Source of the DNA: an uncultured Clostridium sp.
GTDB lineage: Bacteria > Bacillota > Clostridia > Ch29
NCBI GenBank assembly: GCA_964625335.1
Contig: CAZVBE010000002.1
Span: 36,689-100,688, forward strand
Reading direction: 5' to 3'
Length of the DNA: 64,000 bases
Under the pieces are notes generated by a model, which was not told the origin of the DNA, searched no databases, and saw only the letters and a list, made by a program, of their open reading frames with translations. How positions within the stretch are numbered: the stretch's first letter is position 1; every line of letters starts with the position of its first letter. Shown here piece by piece: positions 58,012-64,000 of this stretch. A program made the position numbers and the translations under genes.

Positions 58012-59487
58012 TTACTCTCCTTCCTTTACTGTTTGCCTCTTAAAAACGAGTCCCAGAATTTGCAGGGCAATCAATGGAGTTAACGCTACCATTGCAATTA
58101 CACCAAACCCGTCAATCAATACGTCTGCCCCTTCAATGGCTCTGGCAGCGCCCTGGGCAAATGCTAATACAAAGGTTGCAGTCATAGGTCCCGAGGCCAC
58201 CCCTCCCGAGTCAAAGGCTATTCCTACGAATAGCTTTGGAACAAAAAAGGTCAGGGCAATTGCTGCTGTATATCCGGGCAGTAAATAATGCCATAGCTGT
58301 ATCCCGGGTATTATTATTCTTAACATGGACAGGGCTACCGCAAATGCAACGCCTATGGCCAGGGCAGATATTATTATTTTCCTTCTTATGAAGCCGCTGG
58401 TGACCTCTTCTATTTGATTTGTCAGTACATACAGCGCCGGCTCTGCCAGAATTACAACCAAGCCAAGCATAAACCCTACCGGGACAATTACCCATTTGCT
58501 TCCAAGGGATGCAATGCCGTAGCCCACTGCGCTGCCAACCTCCATAAACCCTGCATTAACTCCGGTAAGGAATAATACCAAACCGACAAAGGCATATAAA
58601 AGCCCCTTTAGTATTCTGAACAGTGCTTTATTTGAGAGCTTTAAATATATAATCTGAAGAATAATGAATAGCATTAGTAAAGGCAGCAGAGCCAAGAAAA
58701 CCTCCGGAATAACAGTTGGTAATTTTTCGAAAAATGGCCCGATAACCGAAACTGAATAGGCCGCGTCCATCTCTGTGCTGCCGGTGATTCTGTCCGGTTT
58801 TGACAGAATACTCATAATAATAACTGATAAAATGGCTCCCGATGAGGCTATGGCAACCAGTCCAAAGCTGTCTTCCTCGGATGCAACCCCGCCTTTTAAA
58901 GAAGATACTCCCAGGCCCAGAGCCAGTATAAAGGGTACCGTCATGGCACCGGTGGTGGCGCCCGAGGCATCAAAGGATATGGCTAAAAACTCGGGGGATG
59001 TGAAAAAAGCTGCAGCGAAAATTAGCAAATATACTATTGTCAGAACCTTGCGCAGGGATATATTGTACACAATTCTCAATAAACCCAGGGATAACATTAC
59101 TGCAATCCCTATCGATACAACAATTACTATGCTATGTTTAGATGCCATACCGCCCGTTACATTACCAACCTGTCCGGCCAATATATGCAAATCAGGTTCG
59201 GCAATCGAGATAAAAAAACCAAGTATAAGGCCGGCTATACCTATTATCCATACCTTGTTGCTTTTGGTGAGGGATGCTCCCATCAGGGCACCTATAGGCC
59301 CTACACCGATATCCGCGCCAAACAGAAATACCGAAAGTCCGAGTGTGATTAGTATTGCGCCTAATAGAAATCTTATTAATAAATGGGTTGCGAGGGGGGC
59401 AATTGTAAAATTTAATACCAATACTATTATTGTTATTGGAAGTACCGAATATAGAACTTCTTTAAATTTTCCGATAAGAATGTTCAA
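58012..59487 (-). CDS. DUF1538-family polytopic membrane protein (two homologous halves)
   Basis: 491 aa with about 12 TM helices and internal duplication. Co-oriented with, and 4 bp from, the P-II-like gene. Confidence 0.6.
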   Translation of the reverse strand: MNILIGKFKEVLYSVLPITIIVLVLNFTIAPLATHLLIRFLLGAILITLGLSVFLFGADIGVGPIGALMGASLTKSNKVWIIGIAGLILGFFISIAEPDLHILAGQVGNVTGGMASKHSIVIVVSIGIAVMLSLGLLRIVYNISLRKVLTIVYLLIFAAAFFTSPEFLAISFDASGATTGAMTVPFILALGLGVSSLKGGVASEEDSFGLVAIASSGAILSVIIMSILSKPDRITGSTEMDAAYSVSVIGPFFEKLPTVIPEVFLALLPLLMLFIILQIIYLKLSNKALFRILKGLLYAFVGLVLFLTGVNAGFMEVGSAVGYGIASLGSKWVIVPVGFMLGLVVILAEPALYVLTNQIEEVTSGFIRRKIIISALAIGVAFAVALSMLRIIIPGIQLWHYLLPGYTAAIALTFFVPKLFVGIAFDSGGVASGPMTATFVLAFAQGAARAIEGADVLIDGFGVIAMVALTPLIALQILGLVFKRQTVKEGE

Positions 59488-59919
59488 AAGCCCTCGCCTT
59501 CTTTCATTGTATTAGAATCCCACTTGTGTTCCTGCCTTCCGCACGGCAAATTAAGCTGTATTCACAGTTTAATTCTATAAGTTCCAAGACTGTTTTGCAA
59601 GCATGTTAAGAGCCTGCCCCCGGCACTTTTCACTATATGAACATGAACGTCAGTAAATGTTTACAATGTGAATAAAAGGAATAAAAAACCTGTACATAAA
59701 CCGCCGTTAATGGACGGGTAAAACCGCAAAGCCCTTGACCCACGTGGGAAAGGAATATTTTTAGTTATAGAGGGAGAACACGGGATTTATGGCATATAAA
59801 TTGCGTGACTGTATAGTACATTCCCCAAACTGAAATTACAGTACAAACCGGATCTGCAAGGATCTGTTTATTGTGTTTTACATTAACTGCGAAACATATT
59901 TGAGGGAAGGAGAGGCAAA

Positions 59920-60705
59920 ATGGAGATAATTGTATGTATCAAGCAGGTGCCCGATACCACCGAAGTAAGGATTGACCCTGAAAAGGGGACATTGATAAGG
60001 GAAGGAATCCCCAGTATTGTCAATCCCTTTGACGAGTATGCGGTGGAAGCGGCATTGAGGATCAAAGAGGAAATGGGGGGCAGGGTTACAGTCATTACCA
60101 TGGGGCCGTCCCAGGCGGTTGAAGCCTTGAGGAAGTGTGTTGCCATGGGGGCGGACCAGGCAGTACTGGTAAGCGATAAGGCCTTCGCCGGTTCGGATAC
60201 ATGGAGTACCTCCTATACCCTCGCCGGTGCCATTAAAGCCCTGGGCAAATTCGATTTGGTACTTTGCGGCAAGCAAGCCATTGACGGCGATACCGCCCAG
60301 GTGGGTCCGGGGATTGCCGAGCATTTAAAAATATCCCAGGTAACCTATGTACAGAAGGTATTGAATGTACACCAGGATGCGATAGAGGTTGAAAGGGGTG
60401 TTGAGGCGGGATATGAGCTGATTGAAACCCCGTTGCCCGCTGTTTTAACAATAGACAAGTCTGCCAATGAGCCCCGGCTGCCTTCCATGATGGGGACCAT
60501 GAAAGCACTGAAAAAGGAGATACCGACGCTGGCTGCAGGGGATATCGGTGTTAAGGAAGGCCTGTTCGGTATGGAGGGTTCCCCTACCCGGGTCAAGCGT
60601 ACCTTTACACCCCAACCGAGAAAAGGCGGCAGGATGCTGCAGGGTGAGATGGAAGAGGTATTGAATGAGCTTGTTAAAATACTCAGAGAAGAAAAAATCG
60701 TTTAG
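59920..60705 (+). CDS. etfB: electron transfer flavoprotein beta subunit
   Basis: MEIIVCIKQVPDT..VNPFDEYAVEAALR.. N-terminal EtfB signature. ATG follows GGAAGGAGAGG. Confidence 0.9.
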   Translation: MEIIVCIKQVPDTTEVRIDPEKGTLIREGIPSIVNPFDEYAVEAALRIKEEMGGRVTVITMGPSQAVEALRKCVAMGADQAVLVSDKAFAGSDTWSTSYTLAGAIKALGKFDLVLCGKQAIDGDTAQVGPGIAEHLKISQVTYVQKVLNVHQDAIEVERGVEAGYELIETPLPAVLTIDKSANEPRLPSMMGTMKALKKEIPTLAAGDIGVKEGLFGMEGSPTRVKRTFTPQPRKGGRMLQGEMEEVLNELVKILREEKIV

Positions 60706-60719
60706 GGGAGGATTAGGAT

Positions 60720-61916
60720 ATGGCTATTAGTATCAATAAAGACGACTGTATAGGTTGTGGGCTTTGCCTTGACTCCTGCCCCTATCCCGGTGCGGTTGAA
60801 ATTCTGGAGGGCATCGCCGTTATTACGGATAAATGCGTTGAATGCGGCGCATGTGTTGATTCCTGCAATGCCGGAGCCATAGAGTTTGAAGAGGGAAAAA
60901 GAGAAACAGGAATTGACCTGGAGCAGTATAAAGGCGTATGGGTATTTGTTGAACACAGGAAGGACAGGATTGCAAATGTCACGTTGGAACTGCTGGGCGA
61001 AGGCAAAAAACTGGCAGACCAATTGGGGCAGCAGCTGTCAGGCGTTCTGATAGGAGACAACGTGGAAGACCTGGTAAGGGAATGCTTCGCCTATGGAGGC
61101 GATAAGGTTTACCATGTGGATGGGGCGGTATACGGACACTATTCGACCGGACCCTATACAGCAGCCTTTTCACAGCTGATCAAGAAATATAAGCCTAACA
61201 TTGTGCTGTTTGGTGCTACCCATGACGGAAGGGATTTTGCCGCCAGGATTGCAGTCAGAATTTATACAGGTCTTACCGCCGACTGCACAGAGCTAACCAT
61301 AGACCCCGAGACCGGACTGCTCAATCAAACCCGGCCGGCCTTTGGCGGTAATGTCATGGCAACTATTCTGACACCAGAGCACAGGCCGCAGATGGCTACC
61401 GTAAGACCTAATGTAATGAAGAAACCAGAGCCGGACTATGGCAGGACCGGCGAAATAATAAAATTTGACGCTGAAATCACCCGGAAGGATATTTTTTACC
61501 AAATCAAGGAAGTGGTGGAGCATACCGCAAAGACGGTGAACCTTGAAGAGGCAGACATAATAGTTTCGGGAGGCAGGGGGATTGGCGGTCCCGAACATTA
61601 CCATCTTATAGAGGAATTGGCCGAGATTCTGGGCGGTGCCGCCGGCGCATCCCGAGCGGTGGTGGACGCCGGATGGGTGCCTCATTACAGGCAGGTTGGC
61701 CAAACCGGAAAAACAGTAGCCCCCAAGCTATACATAGCCTGCGGGATTTCGGGGGCAATCCAGCACCTTGCAGGAATGCAGACCTCGGATTTTATCGTGG
61801 CTATTAACAAGGACCCGGAGGCCCCGATTTTTAAGGTGGCGAATATAGGGATTTGCGCTGATCTTCATCAGGCTCTGCCTTACCTGAAGGAACGCTTTAA
61901 GGAGCTGCTGGGCTAA
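60720..61916 (+). CDS. etfA: electron transfer flavoprotein alpha subunit with N-terminal 2x[4Fe-4S] ferredoxin domain
   Basis: N-terminal [12 protein letters not shown] and [11 protein letters not shown] motifs precede the EtfA domains, including the C-terminal FAD-binding region. Confidence 0.9.
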   Translation: MAISINKDDCIGCGLCLDSCPYPGAVEILEGIAVITDKCVECGACVDSCNAGAIEFEEGKRETGIDLEQYKGVWVFVEHRKDRIANVTLELLGEGKKLADQLGQQLSGVLIGDNVEDLVRECFAYGGDKVYHVDGAVYGHYSTGPYTAAFSQLIKKYKPNIVLFGATHDGRDFAARIAVRIYTGLTADCTELTIDPETGLLNQTRPAFGGNVMATILTPEHRPQMATVRPNVMKKPEPDYGRTGEIIKFDAEITRKDIFYQIKEVVEHTAKTVNLEEADIIVSGGRGIGGPEHYHLIEELAEILGGAAGASRAVVDAGWVPHYRQVGQTGKTVAPKLYIACGISGAIQHLAGMQTSDFIVAINKDPEAPIFKVANIGICADLHQALPYLKERFKELLG

Positions 61917-62008
61917 ACCGGGAACACCCCGGCAATGCGACAGAGGGACGGTTTTAGATTGCCGCGCTGCTGTAACAGCGATGAGTGGTCAGAAGAGAAG
62001 ACGTCCTG

Positions 62009-62035
62009 ACCCGAGAGCTTATCAATCGGGGACAT
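62009..62035 (+). repeat. dispersed short repeat unit (copy B) between etfA and thl
   Basis: CCCGAGAGCTTATCAATCGGGGACATT. Confidence 0.7.
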
Positions 62036-62071
62036 TTTAGAAAGGAGGTGCCCGGATAATCCGGGGAAATT

Positions 62072-63253
62072 ATGAAAAAGTCTGTAATCGTCAGTGCTGT
62101 CAGGACACCGGGAGGTAAATTCGGAGGAAAAATGGCAGGTCTGGAAGCGCCGAAACTGGGTGCACTGGTTGTAAATGAAGCGGTAAAAAGGGCTGGAATA
62201 CCGGCGGAGGCAGTTGATGAGCTTATCTTCGGCTGCGGATGGCAGGCCGGGATTGGTGCCAATGTGGCCAGGATATCCAGTGTAAACGGAGGACTGCCCC
62301 ATGGAACAACCGCCTATACAGTCAACTTAAGGTGCGGCTCCAGCCTTAAGGCAGCAATTATCGGAGCATCTGCAATCATAAGCGGAGATGCGGATGTCTT
62401 GGTTGTAGGCGGGACGGAATCATCTTCCAACGTTCCCTATGTCCTTAAGGATGCCCGCTGGGGGCAAAGGATGGGGGATAAGCAGGTTTATGACGTACTT
62501 CACAAAGATGGTTTTATGTGTCCGCTGGCCGGGATGCTGATGGGGAATACCGCCGAGCTGCTGGTGGATAAATACCAAATATCCAGAGAGGAGCAGGATG
62601 CCTTTGCGGTGGATAGTCACCTCAAAGCCCTTAAGGCTATGGGGGAAGGCAAATTCAAGGAGGAGGCTATGCCGGTTGAAGTAAAGGCTGGAAAGACAAC
62701 CGAGATATTTGATCAGGAGGAGATACCCAGAAGCAACATTTCTTTGGAAAAAATGGCCAAACTCCCGCCGGTCTTCAAAAAGGATGGAACTATTACGGCG
62801 GGCAACAGCTGCGCAATGTGCGATGCGGCATCGGCTATGGTAATGATGTCGCAGGAAAAGGCCGGAGAGCTGGGTATTAAACCTATGGCAGCCATTCGCT
62901 CATACGCAACGGCGGGTGTTGATCCCAAATATATGGGTATAGCTCCGGTGGAGGCTGTCCCGATGGCTTTGAAAAAGGCAGGGATGACCCTTAAGGACAT
63001 CGACCTCATAGAGCTTAATGAAGCCTTCGCCGCACAATATCTGGCGGTGGAGCGGGAGCTGAAATGGGATAGGAGTAAGGTGAATGTTCATGGTGGCGCT
63101 ATCGCCCTTGGTCATCCCGTTGGAGCAACAGGAGCCAAAATACTAACTACGCTTCTCTATGCGCTTAAGACCTATGACAAGCAGGTGGGTATGGCCACCC
63201 TGTGCGTTGGCGGTGGCCAGGGTGTAGCCATTATCGTGGAAAGAGTTAATTAG
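62072..63253 (+). CDS. thl: acetyl-CoA C-acetyltransferase (thiolase II)
   Basis: 393 aa with an active-site Cys in VNLRCGSSLKA, a C-terminal NVHGGAIALGHPVGATG, and a final CVGGGQG. Confidence 0.9.
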   Translation: MKKSVIVSAVRTPGGKFGGKMAGLEAPKLGALVVNEAVKRAGIPAEAVDELIFGCGWQAGIGANVARISSVNGGLPHGTTAYTVNLRCGSSLKAAIIGASAIISGDADVLVVGGTESSSNVPYVLKDARWGQRMGDKQVYDVLHKDGFMCPLAGMLMGNTAELLVDKYQISREEQDAFAVDSHLKALKAMGEGKFKEEAMPVEVKAGKTTEIFDQEEIPRSNISLEKMAKLPPVFKKDGTITAGNSCAMCDAASAMVMMSQEKAGELGIKPMAAIRSYATAGVDPKYMGIAPVEAVPMALKKAGMTLKDIDLIELNEAFAAQYLAVERELKWDRSKVNVHGGAIALGHPVGATGAKILTTLLYALKTYDKQVGMATLCVGGGQGVAIIVERVN

Positions 63254-63312
63254 TTGGCAGTTGGTAGTTGGTATAGCGGCATCCATCATCTGCACTGCGT
63301 AAAGCACGCCGA

Positions 63313-63436
63313 CCCGTAAGGATATCAATCGGGGACATTCCGCAGCAAGGAATTCTAATGGGGACATTCCTTGGCCATAAAGGAATACCAACTATGAAGG
63401 TATGTCCCCTGACCTTATTGAAAGCGGTGTGTCCCC
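63313..63436 (+). repeat. dispersed short repeat cluster (copy C plus GGGGACATTCC / GGTATGTCCCC / GGTGTGTCCCC units) between thl and hbd
   Basis: CCCGTAAGGATATCAATCGGGGACATTCC at 63313-63341. Further units at 63360-63370, 63389-63399 and 63426-63436 in both orientations, each able to form short ATTCC/GGAAT hairpins. Confidence 0.7.
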
Positions 63437-63626
63437 TTTCCGCTAATTGAACTCGATGGCTCCGGGAACTCCGAAAACTCGCCTAACGGCTCAGACACTT
63501 GGAAATTCTACTCCTTCGCCATCTGCGTTCCTTTTAACTTTGCGTGTCAATACTCCGTTTCAGATGATTAGATGCCTTTTGTAAGACAGCTAGCAACTGA
63601 TAATTGTTAATGAGGAGGATGGTAAA

Positions 63627-64000
63627 TGGATATTAAAAAGGGATTAGTTCTGGGTGCCGGGACCATGGGCAGCGGAATTGCCCAGGTTATGGCCCAGAAC
63701 GGTATTGATGCCGTACTTGTAGACGTTAAGCAGGAGATTGTACAGGGAGCATTAAACAAAGTTGAAAATGGGATGATGAGAAGGGTAGAAAAGGGCAAGA
63801 TGACCCGGGAGCAGGTTAGAGATATAATGTCAAGAATTACCGCTTCCACCGATATTGAGGCTGCCGCAGGCTGCGATTTTGTAATTGAAGCGGTGCTCGA
63901 AGACGTAAAGCTCAAGAAGGAGGTATTTTCCAAGCTGGATAAGCTCACCAGGGAAGATGTCATCCTTGCAACCAACACAACTGCATGCTCCATTTCCGAG
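63627..64000 (+). CDS. hbd: 3-hydroxybutyryl-CoA dehydrogenase, N-terminal part (continues past window end)
   Basis: MDIKKGLVLGAGTMGSGIAQV.. Rossmann GxGxxG start typical of Hbd. The ORF is open to the window edge. Confidence 0.8.

Noticed and set aside
1-64000. tRNA, rRNA and CRISPR arrays
   Set aside because: No GTTCRANYC T-arm contexts with a cloverleaf, no rRNA-like conserved blocks and no repeat-spacer arrays were recognised. Nothing was computed, so unusual tRNAs would be missed.

Overview
This 64-kb window looks like chromosome from an anaerobic, spore-forming Firmicute of the Clostridia type, with an S-layer, roughly 45% GC and mostly plus-strand genes. Coordinates marked with a tilde (~) are approximate starts or ends. 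The conserved backbone runs as follows: a partial Rrf2 regulator, iscS, iscU and mnmA; a PRC-barrel protein; an AI-2E transporter; a T-box leader and alaS; ireB; a 728-aa membrane protein and an AKR-ferredoxin fusion inserted ahead of ruvX and a DUF1292 gene; a class-III aminotransferase; a Fur/PerR-like regulator; RNase J; LysO-like membrane proteins; a YlbF-like protein; a DUF2087 protein; and spore photoproduct lyase. An accessory stretch follows. It holds a Y1/HUH (RAYT-like) transposase flanked by inverted REP doublets plus a decayed second left end, with a nitroreductase gene between the two ends. Next comes a polar amino-acid ABC transporter, then a c-di-GMP-I (GEMM) riboswitch with an intrinsic terminator upstream of a membrane SGDEF-variant GGDEF protein. 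After that are a MalT/LuxR-type STAND regulator, a DUF2442 protein, a 1350-aa lectin / Flg_new-repeat / SLH surface protein, and an MCP. A single-Cys eliminase-type glycyl radical enzyme sits next to an unusually small activase. Beyond it are two YozG-like XRE regulator plus membrane-protein modules flanking a membrane-anchored MBL hydrolase, each with a palindromic operator over its promoter. The window continues with threonine aldolase, FMN-binding and flavodoxin-like proteins, a CotF-like coat protein and yjbQ. A Type II R-M pair (PD-ExK endonuclease plus SPPY beta-class methyltransferase) is inserted before a coiled-coil protein and ftsEX. Then come feoAB divergent from an mntR-like gene, a PAS-GGDEF-HD-GYP protein, an SDR, arsC, a DUF1538 plus tandem P-II pair, and etfB, etfA (with a ferredoxin fusion), thiolase and partial hbd. 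A short repeat family (CCCG..TATCAATCGGGGACATTCC and GGTGTGTCCCC units) recurs in three intergenic sites, including inside the alaS T-box leader. I recognised no CRISPR array, tRNA or rRNA gene; nothing was computed, so unusual tRNAs would be missed.
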